Source: Cetorhinus maximus (lineage: Eukaryota). From it: DNA of 64,000 bases. Below are positions 9,508-21,625 of this stretch, in pieces. The stretch lies in NCBI RefSeq assembly GCF_964194155.1, contig NC_135906.1, forward strand, positions 6,572,001 through 6,636,000, read 5' to 3'. Position 1 is the stretch's first letter. Each line of letters begins with the position of its first letter. A program made the position numbers and the translations under genes. The notes below the pieces were generated by a model. It had not been told where the DNA came from and did not search any database. It saw only the letters and a list, made by a program, of their open reading frames with translations.

Positions 9508-12500
9508 GGTAGTTACCAGTAAGAGGGATGCAGTCATTGGAAAGGGATTTATGTAATCAACTCCTTTAGAAACTACATGCTTGAGCCAGGACCACAACGA
9601 GAAAGCGTCAACCCCAGGATTACCCGCAGTTAGGACACATTCGTCTGTACAATCACATGACTTCTAAAGGCAGTAGGGAAGGTTATACCTACAATCACGA
9701 CATTTCCTCCCCCTTTAGTTTTCTTTACATTTCCTATTTACAAAGAATATTTTAATCCACCACATGTACATATATGCTTTGGTCATGTGGTTAAATATTA
9801 AATCTTTCTCATACATTTAGAGCAGCGTAGCTCCATCACTTCAGACTCTCCCACTGGATCGACCTGATCAGGAACTGCAGTATCAGGGACATCCTTCGAC
9901 AGTAGTAGTTCAGAATTTGGGACTTCAACAGAGACATCAGGTATGTCTATTCAAGGTCGATCCGTCACCTCAGGGAATAAAGGTTCAAGATGTCTTGTGG
10001 AATAGCTGATTGTTGGAATGTCCCTCTCAACCTTAGATGATCCACATATTTTCAAACAATCTGGTCTTTCACTTCCACTTGGAATGACAAGGGTCCAGTT
10101 TCAGATAAAATTATACCAGGAACCCAACTAGGTCCATTTCCAAAATTCCACAGGAAAACTGAATTTCCCACAGTAAATCTTCGAACTTTACTATGAATAC
10201 GGTGAATTAATTTCTGACTACTCTAATTCTTCTCTACCTTCCCCTTGAAGTTTGGAAACACCAGACCAACCGTGTATGAAGGCGACATTTCATCACTAGT
10301 TCAGATGGTGTTGAACCCGTAGTTGCTGAGGAGCCGTACCTTAATTGAGAAGAAAGCATGAAAGTCAAATTTCTAAAGTACCTTTGGATAAAACTTCTTC
10401 ATTCCTGATGTGAAAGTTTGCACTGCTCTTCCAGCTAACCCATTTGATGAGGGGTGATATTGTGCTGTTTAATATGTTTCATTCCATTTAAACTCATGAA
10501 TCTCTGAAATTCTGTACTCGTGAATGCTGGACCGTTATCCTAAATAATGATGTCCGCTAGGCCACGTATACTGAAACATTGGCAAGGCTTTTCAATAGTT
10601 GCGCATGATGTCAGTGATCTAACTTCATACACATCCATTCACTTGGAATGTGCATTGATGATCAATAAAAACATGGTGGAATGGCTTTATCCTCCCTCAT
10701 CAGTATAGTCCATCACTCTGGTGAAATGTTGTTTGTGCAGACACTGGTGTCATTTCTTCACTCCAAATATTACTGATAAACCTTCCTTTTCAAGTTGTAA
10801 ATTGCCCTTCATGGTTTCAGAGAGGGTTCTCGAGACATAGCCGGTTGGCCTTTCGGAACCAACTTCCATCATGTGTGATAACAGCGCTCCCACACCGTAA
10901 GGAGATGCATCAAGCACCACAGGTTAATATTAATTCTTTTGATGGGTCATAATGTACCAGTAAACATGACGTATGTAATAGCTTCTTGACTTTCATGAAG
11001 GTGCTTCTCGTTGTGCATTCCATGACCAAACATGGTTCTTTTCGAACAGTACATGTAATGGTTCAAACACTGTTGACAAGTTTGACAAGAAGTGACTATA
11101 ACCATTTATCGTTCCCAAAAAAGACTTGAGTTCAGTGACACTGATCGGAGAGGGTGCCATTCAATTCCCCTGACTTTCTCCTCTACTCCTTTGGCATCCG
11201 CTCGGTGACACAAGTAAGCAAAGTATGTCGCTTGGAAGGCATATTTCTCTTCTTCCAGCTGTACACTAGCTTCCAAAAATCATCTTCAAACCTTTTCTAG
11301 GTTGACCAACTGTTCGGCTTCCACTGACCCTGTGATTAGGACATCATCCAGGTATACCACTACGTGGGGAAGTACTTGCAGTGGACTTTCCATGGTCCTT
11401 TGGAAGATTGCACATACAGATGATATAACAAAGGGTAGGCGTGTATATTGTTGCAGGCCCTTGTGCATGTTAATGGTTTCGTGCTGTCCAGCTTTAGCTG
11501 TTGGGATGCATGGCTCATGTCCAGTTTGGATTAAGATTTTCGTCCTGCTAGTTTAGCGTACAAATCGTCAATCCTCGGGATAGGATATTTATCTAGTTTA
11601 CGTCACGAAGAGATATTAATGTCTATAATGTTATTGGAAATCACTTTTAAAATGGAATTGTAAGGTGTCTTGTGTCAGTGTGTTTGACTGTGTGAAAATT
11701 AATTAGATTAAAGCCAGCCAGTCTGGGAGCTTTGATGTACAGTCGTTCTGAGATGTTAATTAGATGAACATAAGAAGAAGGTAAAGTGTAAATTTGCATT
11801 TGTTGATTAAAGGATTAAAGGGCAGGACTAAAATCTTGCACCTAGCTAGAAGACGCCAAGCAATGTGTTTACTTTTTTTCAGCTTACTAATAAAATTGGT
11901 GGAATGAAAGGATATTATTGTTAGGAGATGTAACATTAACAGCCTGGTGATACAATGGAAAATTTACATTCAAAGAAAACACTAGGTATAAACAGAAAAG
12001 AGTTTGTGTGTTTAAGGCAAAGGCATTTATGATCTAACCAGCCTGTAAGCCCTACAACTGTGTCTGCAAAGGAACCAAATTGCAAGGAACCTCATTTTGA
12101 ATTTGTAAGGCCAAATATGCTTTTCCTCGTGTTTGTTTAAAGTCTATGGTTATTATTGGCTTGGTGGAGATTTACCTGGAAGTGATAAATTTGCAGATTT
12201 GTTTAAAAGTTACGATGGTATTAATTTGTAGATGTGTAAGTCGTTAATTTGTTGTTAAGTTAATAAATGTTTAATTTAGTTTGATATAAAAACATTTTGA
12301 GGCACAGTGGTCTTATTCCTGAATTCAGAGCTGCAAATTAAATATACCATTTGAAAATACAGGTTATGAAAGTTGTTCAAGTTTCCCTCTGGGATTTAAA
12401 CAACTCAGCCTTTACCAAGTGCTGAGTCATAATAATTGGGGGCTCTTGGCAGGATATTATTTGTAATTTTTTGCTTAGTTCAGAATGGGTGAATCTTAAG

Positions 12501-15500
12501 GATAGGAGTACGAGAAGCACTTTGTATTCAGGAGTTGGTGAAGCTTTTTGTTAGTTGTGAGGCTGCAAGATGGCTTTGGAAATTGCTAAGACTTGTCTGG
12601 GAGTAGAAGATATAACTCTGATTGTGTTACAAATAGTATCCAAGGATAAGTTAACAGATTTGGCAGATAAGTTAAAATTAGTGTTGCCTGTAGGGGTGAA
12701 GAAAGCAGATATAATTAAAGGTACAGCACAGCCTCTACAGTTGGAAGTGATACCTGACACCAGTGAGTCACAGCTGGAGGTAGTGAGACTTGAGTTACAA
12801 ATGAAGAGGCTGTAACTTGAACAATCAAAGGGACTGAAAAAAATCTTGAATTAGAAGCAAAGGAAAGAAAAGGGCATTTCAAAGGGAACAAGCAGAAAGG
12901 CAGGAGAAAGAAAGGAAGCTGGACCTGGGATTTCAGGCAAGAGAGAAGGATAAAGAAAGAGTGGTAAGGGAAAGAGAGAAGGAAAGAGAAAGAGAATAAT
13001 TTCTTAAAAGGTTAGAATTTCAAAAAGAGACCTGAGATTCGGAGGAGAGTTCTGATGATGAAAAATCCTTTAACCGAAAGCCCAGTGGGGAGATGTTTAG
13101 GATTGTACAAGCTGTTCCAAAGTTTAAGGAAAAAGATGTTGATGCATTCTTTATTTCATTTGAGAAGATAGCGAAAATGATGAAATGGTCACTGGAGTAT
13201 TGGACATTGGTGTTACAATCCAGGTTGTTGGGTAGAGCAGATGAGCCTTTTTCTATCTGAAGAGGTATCAGTGAAAAATGATGTGTTGAAAAAGGCTATT
13301 TTGAGTGAATAGGAGTTAGTTCCTGAGGCCTACATGCAGAAATCTGGGAATATAAGAAAACAGGCTGGGCAAACTTATATATTTACTTTGAGAGAGTAAA
13401 ACAATATAATTTTGACTGGTGGATACCAGCATTAAAAATAGAGACAACCTTTGCAGCTCTTAGAGAAGAAATTCTTCTGGAAGTATTTAAAGTTTCAATT
13501 CCTTCGGTAGTGTGAACTCAAGTGGGGAACAGAGAGTTCAAATGGTAAGACAAGAAGCAGTTCAAGCTGATGATTATGAGTTAGTACACAGAGCTAAACA
13601 TTTTTTCCTTTAGCCTTTTAAATCCAAAAAGGATGGAAAGTGGGAAGGTGAAAGGAAGTGCGTAGTTAGGGAAGAGAAAGGGTAGCTGGAAATTCCCAGA
13701 AAGTTTTTTCTCAGAATAAAAAGGAAGGTGCTGAGGAGTGACTTTTGAAAATTGAAAAGTGAGGTGTTTTCATTGTAATAAAGTGGGGCATACAACGTCA
13801 GTGTGTTGGAAATTATAGAGAAAATCTGTTGGAATTATTGGGGTGCAGAAAAGTTCTGGAAAGAAAAGTACTGTGGGTTCTGAGGTTCAGGCACAGGAAA
13901 AACAATTGTTTGAGAACAGGTAAAGCAGTAAGTTTCAGTAAAAGGTAAAGGAGTGGGAATGTGTTCACAATTTGCCCAGGAGAAATCGGAGGGGCAAGTC
14001 GCAAAAATGTTAAAGACTTTGTGTGTGAAGGGAAAGTCTTTCCTTGTGTCCAGGGTGGAGTAGGTAAAAATGTTAACATTTTAAGAGACACAGGGGCTAG
14101 TCAATCATTAATGTTGTGGGGTAGTGATATTTGTGTTGAGAGGGATTACTGCAGGAGCAGTTGATAATAAGCGGGGTTTGTGGAGATGCTAAACCTTCCA
14201 CCCTTTTGGAAGATAAATTTCAAGAGCAAATGGAAGAAAGGGGAAGTTATTGTTGGAGTTGTGGGGAAATTGCCCTTTGCAAGGTTTCAAATTATTTTGG
14301 ATAATGATATAGTTGGGCCAGAGATTTGTGTGATGCCTCTGGTAGTTGAGTAGCCTGTAGAAGCGTTTTCAACAGAGGTGTTACAGAGAGAGCATCTTGG
14401 ATTGTTTCCAGCTTGTGTGGTAAAGAAATCACACGCTCATAGATTGAAACAAGAACAAACAAGCAGGGGAAGCAGCTCAAAGGCAAGAAGAAGGTGTCAA
14501 AATCCAATCAGCTGGCCATGTATTTAATAACACTGTTCAGGAAGAAAGCACAATTCAGCAGAAATGTTTAACTCAAAGAGGTGAGTGGAGTTACAGAAAA
14601 AATGATTTGCAATTAAAAAAGTTATAACAGGCAGCTTACTCAGAATAAGAGGCAACATGCATTCCAGTATGTTATTACCTTAAGGGTGATATGTAAATGA
14701 GAAAATAGAGGCCAGATTATGTCTCAGCAAATGAAAGTTGGGGCGAGATGCAGCAGATTGCTGGCCCATTAGGTTATAGAAATGAAATGTTGAGAATTGA
14801 TCATGAAATTCCAAATGGGTGGGGTGGGGGGAGTTGGTGGGTGATATTTAGGAATTAGGAAAACAGAGGAAAAGATACAGAGGTTTCTTTTTTGGCCAGG
14901 ATTGCACATGGATGTAGTGAAGTTCTGTAGAACATATCACACTTGTCTGGAAATAGGGAAACCACAAGCATTGATTAAGCCGGCACATTTAATTCCAATA
15001 CCAGCATTTGAAGAAACTTTAACTAGGGTCACCATTGATTGTGTAGGAGCCCTCCCTCAGACAAAAAGTGGAAATCAGTACTTACTGACAATCATTGATG
15101 TGTCTACCAGGTTCCCTGAAGCGATACCTTTAAGAAATATTACAACCAAGAAGATTGTGGAGGAGTTCACTAAATCTTTTACAAGATATGGTTTACCTAA
15201 GGAAATTCAATCAGATCTGGAGTCAAATTTCATCTCACAGCTATTAAAGGAAGTAATGAACAGTTAGGGGATAAAACAGTTTAAGTCAACACTTATCATC
15301 CAGAGTCACAAGGAGCTTTGGAAAGATTGCATCACACTTTAAAACTGTGATAAGAGCCATACTATCAGTATTATCCACAACATCGGGATGCAGGAATTAC
15401 ATTCTTGTTATTTGCTATTAGAGACGCTCCTAATGCATTGCCTGGTTTTAGCCTTTCTGAACTAGTTTATGGTCATGAGGTAAGGGGACCACTGAAATTG

Positions 15501-18500
15501 ATTCATGAGAAATTGGTGTGTCAAAATTCAGAATCTATTCTCCTATATTACATATCTAATTTCAGGGAAAGATTGAATAGAGCACATGAGTTGTCTCGGG
15601 AAGATTTAAAGATGTCACAGCTAGTAATGTAAATGAAGGCAGACAAGAAAGCAACAGCTCACCAGCATTGTACCTAGAGAGAAAGTGCTAGTTCTGTTAC
15701 CAATCCTAGGTGATTATTTAAATGCAAGGTTTAGTAGGGCCTTGCAGGGTGAAAAGAAATCGAGTGAAATATATGATTTAATAAATACCCCAGATAGAAG
15801 AAAGAAGCAAAGGGTGTGTTACGTAAATATGTTTAAAATGTACTTTGACAGGGAAAAGGAACAAAAAGAGGTATTAGTGATGATGGATGATGCAGGACTC
15901 TGAAATTGATTTTTCTCTAATCAAATTGGATAATGAGGGGGTACTTGAAAATTTAAATGAAAGATCAAGTTATCTTCCAAGCAAGATCAAAGTCATTTAG
16001 AAAAGCTATTGCACTCACACAAACCTATTTGTGGGAATAAGTTGGGGAAGACCCATTTAGCAATACGTGATGTATCTAAACAAGTTTCATCTTAAGTAAG
16101 GCAATATCCTTATAGATTAAATCCGGCAAAGTTATCACCAATACAAAAAGAAATTGATTTCATGCTTCAAAATGATATCGTTGAGTCTAGGTGCAGCAAC
16201 TGGAGTTCGCCTATTGTACTTGTCCTGCAGTTGGATGGAACCCAAAGTCTATGTGTGGACTATCGAAAGGTGAATGCTGTGAAATAAGCGGATTCATTTC
16301 CTATACCACGGTTAGAATATTGCATTGAGAAAGTGGGACAATCGAAGTTTATCACAAAGATTGAAATGCTAAAAGGATATTGGCAGGTATGGTTGTCGGA
16401 AAGAGCAAAGGAGATATCGGCTTTTCTGATACCAAATGGACTACATCAGTTTAAAGTCATGCCATCTGGTTTGCAGAATGCACCTGCAACATTGCAAAGA
16501 CTGACAAACAAAATAATTGCAGGTCTAAGCAATTGCGCTGCTTATATTGAAGATCTGATAGTTTTCCATCAGAGGTGGGAGGAGCATTTACAGCATCTGG
16601 AAAATTATTCACTCGACTACAAGAAGCTAATTTGGTGATGAACTTGGCGAAAAGTGAATTTGCAAAAGTGCAAGTTACGTATCTAGGCCATACCATTGGG
16701 CATGGTAAGGTGGCTCTGGGAGATGCAAAACTAAAAGGATATCGTGGATTTCCCAGTGCCTACAACAAAACGGGAGGTTTTGCGATTTCTGGAGAACGAG
16801 TGGGCTTTACTGGCAATTACTACCAAACTTTAGCCAAGCGGTAGCTCCAATGACTGACCTATTAAAAATGAACAATAGCTTCAATGGACACTGGAATGTC
16901 AGAAGCCATTTGACAGTTTGAAAACTGTATTGACCACTTGTGTGGTACCCAATTATGCCAAGCAATTTATGTTGGCCATTGACGCGAGTGATAATGCCAT
17001 TGGGGCCATACATTTAGAACAGGGTGACACCGGAATTGAATTATATAAAAAGCCTCTTGAGGCTTGGTGGTTTTATTCCTGAATTCAGAGCTGCATCTCA
17101 AAAATACCAATTGAAAATATAGGTTATGACAGTTGTTCAAGTTTCCCACTGGGATTTAAACAAGTCACCCTTTACCAACTGCTGTGTCATAAGATTTAGC
17201 AGCCTTGTTCACAGTTAATTTGTAGTCTCCACGAATGGGAATAGTTTGATCTGGTTTCATCACAGGGAGTGTGGGTACTGCCCATTCCAAAAATTGGACT
17301 GGCTGGATGATGCCCAGCTTCACTAAGCGGCACAATTCTGCATCCACCTACTCCATTACGGCATAAGGCACAGGTCTAGCCTGAAAGAAACAGGGTATCA
17401 CCCCCAAATCTACATATATTTTTGTCTGTAAGCCTTTTGTCTTTCCCAGTTTATCTTGAAATACGCTGTCGTACATTCTTAACAGCTGAGGAATTCCTTC
17501 TGTTCTCACTTGAAAGATTTCTGACCAGTTGTGCCTAATTTTTTTGTAACTGGTCCTGGCCCAGAAGACCAGGCTCTTCATCTGTCACGATAACCACTGG
17601 CAGCCATAAGGACACAGGGAAAGTGCCAATGCCTTTTAACTGTGTTGACTCTCCAGTGTACACCTTCAGTTGAACCGTGCTTTGCTACAGATTCAATGGC
17701 TCGTTTCGATAATTAAATGTCTGTTCTCCCACCCGTGTAGTCAAATTTCTTGTGTCTATCTCCATGACGAGAAACTTCCCATTCACTTGAGGGGGAATGT
17801 TTATTGGTTCAGTTTTTGCTGATTTGACATTGTATAGGGAATAGGTATCATTATCAGCAGCTTCAGATCAATAATATTGTGCACTTCAAACTTCTTGGTC
17901 TGCTGTCTGATTGGCTGTCTCAATTTCGCCCTGAATTACTTTATTATGTGCCCCTTCCTGTGGCTGTAATGGCATTCTGCCTGTTTAAATCTGCAGGTTT
18001 CCAGTACATGGTTACACACACATCTGTAAAGGTAAATTTCTGAATTGTTTCGGAGATTCTTCCATTTTGCTTTTTCATTTTTTCAACAGCAGAGACTGTC
18101 TCCCGCTTCCCGGCTGTCTGTGCGGTTTACGGGCCCCGCCCAGTGCTAGGTTCCCGCCCCACTGAAGAATGGCGCCATGTTGTACACTCTGTAAACCTGC
18201 GAGTCCCTCTCAGCCCGCTCCATCGCTAGCGCTATTTCCATGGCCCACTTCAAATCAATGTTAACATCAGCAAGTAAATGGTGCTGAATGGCATCGTCGT
18301 GAACGCCACAAACTAACCGGTCCTGCAGCGTGTCATTGAGTGTATCTCCGAAGAGGCAGAGCTCCATCAATTGCTTCAACTTCGCTATATAGGTTGTGAT
18401 GGACTCTTCTGGGGTCCCTATTCTGGAGTTAAACGTATGCTTCAGCTGAAAATACAACTTTATGAGGTTTACCGATTCACTATAAGGTTTAGAATTGGAG

Positions 18501-18978
18501 GCGTTCAGGGTTGTCAGACTACAGGTGAGTTTATATTTGTTGCTAACACAGACTCTTAAAGGAATTGCTTTCTGCTTCTTCTTCACTGTTATTTCATTTG
18601 CCTTGAAATAAAAACCTGGGCGCTCTATGTACTGGCTCTGATCTTCCATGGCTGGGCCATACAGGTCGACTCTGCCAAAATGTGGCATGACTGGTGAGTA
18701 TAATCTTCTAAAGAATTGATATACTCACATTCACAAGGCGAGGTGCAGCGTCGGAGCTATTCATCCTCATCGCCAAATGGAATGAACTTGATGTAACGGA
18801 CAGGTTTCTTACCTGAAACAGGTCACTTCATTCCACAGCTCATTTAGAAGCTACTTACTGGAAACAGATCCAAGACTAGAAAGCTCCACCCTCAGGATTA
18901 CCCGCTCTGGGCTCATTCGTCAGAACAATCATGTGACCCCTAAAGGCAGTAGGAAAGGTTAAACCTAGAATCACTACA
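9508..18978 (-). mobile_element. Decayed short-LTR Gypsy (Mag-like) element interrupted by a nested element; own segments 9508-11600 and 17195-18978
   Basis: 3' LTR at about 9508-9702 and PPT at 9703-9716 (tttcctccccctttt on +). Integrase motifs (NAHSKW, NGPAFTSTEF, YHPSSNGLA) at about 10400-10670, RNase H DASPYGVGAVLSH at about 10870-10912, RT YLDD in ORF 11286-11468. gag at 18146-18688 and 5' LTR at about 18778-18978. Many stops and frameshifts. Confidence 0.88.
11601..17194 (+). mobile_element. Decayed Gmr1-like Gypsy LTR retrotransposon (gag-PR-IN-RT-RH) nested in the RT of the minus-strand element
   Basis: TSD TTTA at 11597-11600 and 17195-17198. 5' LTR at about 11601-12434; PBS TGGGGGCTC at 12437 (tRNA-Pro type). 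gag from 12570, CFHCNKVGHTTSVC knuckle at 13765-13806, protease LRDTGASQS at about 14080. Integrase (14902-15900: IDCVGALP, TRFPEAIPL) lies before RT (16100-16850: LKGYWQV, YIEDL) and RNase H (IDASDNAIGA, about 16980). 3' LTR remnant at about 17041-17194. Confidence 0.9.
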
Positions 18979-20868
18979 ACTTAAGAAAATGGCTTTGGAT
19001 TTCCAATATTAAATTTCAGCTCATCTATTACTGGATGTCAGACAAGCAGTTGGATAGATGAGAGGCTGTGGAGGGGTTGAGGAATTGGATGGTGCGGTAC
19101 ATTTCCAGGAAAGTCTAGAAAAGACAGGCAGGGATTTGGGAGATGAGAACACTCTGACATGGGAGAGGAAAGGGAGGCTGGAGATGGGAAGCTTAATTAC
19201 ACGGGCAGCTGGGTCGAGGGTTTTTTTGTGAGCTGTCGGTAGCGATGGCAGGTTTGAAAGGGAGGGAGAAAGGACCTGAGGAGAGGAAATATTGAATATT
19301 AGACAGGAAGTGAAATTGAGTGGGGGGAAGGAGGTCATCATTTCAATGGGAATAGTGTTAAAGGAACATGATGTGATGTGTCGGGGACAAGATGTGGTCA
19401 GTGTGGGTCTGAGGAAAGTTAGAGAAAGTGGAGAAAGAAGCAGGTTCGGGGATATGCTGGCAGGGGAGGGGCTGAGCTACAGAGGATGTTTGGCCCGGGA
19501 GAGGTGAGGGGAGTGGCAGAGGCGGCTGATCGGTTGGACTTAATCTCTGTGACAAAAAAGTCCATGAGCTCTTTCACCTTGTTGGAGATGAAGGTGGTGG
19601 GGAGAGGGGTTTAGGAAGAGGGTTTGCAGTAGAGAAGAGGAGCTGGAGGGTTATCTGAGCATTGTAGCCTGATGCTGGAATAGTGATCAGCTTCGGATAT
19701 GGTGATAGGACAGCCGGACACAATCAGGGTGAATGCGGTAAAGCCGGCTCTGGTGTTGGCTAAAGCAATTGTTCAGCATGACTGTTCACGTCTGCGTCAC
19801 TTGGGCTTATGGGAACAGAGATAAGGGCCGTAGCTGGAGATGGTCTGGGGAGAGAGAGAGGAATGGCTTTTTTGGGTCCTGGGGCATCACAGATGGAGGT
19901 GAGGGTGTGGTTGGGCAGATTGGGAGTTGCAGAAATGTTATGTTGAAAAGAGAGCCAAAGGGAGGTTAGTTGGGATTAGGAAATGGACACAGGAGGGAGT
20001 GGAGCTGGGAGGGGTAAGGGGATTTGGGAGGAGTGTGATACAAGGAAGTGATCGGTGATGGCCTTATCTGTGATCTACACGATGGGATTAGCGAGGCCGC
20101 GTCCGATGTCAAAGCTCATCGACAATATCATGAACTCAAAAGTTCCAGACCATAACCAGACCCTGACACTCAGAACCATTCACAGTTTCAGTTCCAATAG
20201 TGCAGTGGAGTCAAATTCAACATCAGGAATCTCTAATGATTAAATAAAATATATCACCCCTCTGATCTCACTCATTGTATGGACAGTGTCTCACTAATCA
20301 GTGATAGAGATAGTCAGCTAAAGCCAGTTAGCTACATTTTACAAAGTGTCTGAATCCAGATGTGAAGAGCAGAAACCTTCACAAGGCAACAACTGGGCAA
20401 AACCCAGAAAGTTTCTTCAATGTTTACGGTGGATTTGGGGAATACAAGTTACTGAGTTGTTTATTTGACGTGTGTGGGGTGAATCAATAGAAAATCCTTG
20501 GGACACGCACTCGTGAGTCCGTGTGAGGGATTTTGTGGGTGACACCGCGAAGACACAGGTGAATTGGTGAAAACTGTCATCAGAGAATTGACCCAAAGAG
20601 AAGGAGCTCTGGGATTCCGCCCGAGCTGTGCTGGACCTCACTTGGAGATGTCCGATTCTGCCCAGCAAAATAAATGGCAAATCCCAAATCCCCATCGATG
20701 ATAAATATGCTGGAGGATTCACTAAAACAGCGGCACTCATGGAGTGAGAGTTTACTCCACTTCCCTGGTGTAAATTTTATTCTCATCGAGGTGAATGACC
20801 TCAGTGCTGGAGATTGGAACACTTTCTGATTGGAGCCGGAGAGTTAGTATGAACCTATCGCAGGGCAC

Positions 20869-21186
20869 ATACAGCACAAGTTAGATACAGAGTAAATCTC
20901 CCTCTAGAGGGTCCCCCTAAAACACTCCCAGAGCATGTACAGCACGGGGTAGACACAGAGTAAATCTCCCTCTACAGTGTCCGCATAAAACACTCCCGGA
21001 GCAGGTACAGCACGGGGTTAGATACAGAGTAAAGCTCCCTCTCCACTGTCCCATCAAACACTCCGAGGACAGGTACAGCACGGTGTTAGATACAGAGTAA
21101 AGTTCCCTCCATACTGTTGCTATGCACCAATCCCAGGATAGGTACAGCACAGGGTTAGATACAGAGTAAAGCTCTCTGTACACTGT
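20869..21186 (+). repeat. 68-bp minisatellite, unit 2
   Basis: Same as 3652-3969. Confidence 0.92.
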
Positions 21187-21625
21187 TTCACTAATTTAAA
21201 ATTGGGAGATAATTACAGGTTGTTGTTGTAGCAGTGTGAGAGTCTCCATTCCCCATCGCAGCATTTACCAGTCTGCACGCCAGACTCCCTGGGTCAGTGC
21301 CCACCAGTCATCCTCATGGATCAATGAACAAAACCACATGAGATGATTGGATTAATGGTGCCTTCAGCATGAGAACTTGTGGAGCTGAATTCAGTCAGGT
21401 GACACCAGAGCAACTCAGAGTGATTCCTATTGGTCCAAATAAAATTGGCCTTCCTGGTAATAAATCCATGAGTTCTGTCTGTCATTGGTGGAGATTGTGA
21501 AGATTTGGGCTGGTTAATTGGTTCAATGTTGCTGCTTCTGGTCTCATTGGTGTCAGGTGAGTGCAGCTTGTGTGTACATAAGGTGCTGCTCGGTGGTTGA
21601 AGGGATGGTTGAGTTGTTTGGTATC

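Noticed and set aside
11601-17194. Active retrotransposon, or retroviral capture of ZP3
   Set aside because: It has many stops, frameshifts and a truncated LTR. ZP3 keeps its introns and lies outside both elements, so the amplification is DNA-level.
9508-18978. Outer element as a chimera of two flanking insertions whose recombination created the duplication
   Set aside because: The diverged LTRs suggested this, but a near-matching 5-bp TSD (CCTTA/ACTTA) favours a single old insertion. The unit junction cannot be located without the array ends.
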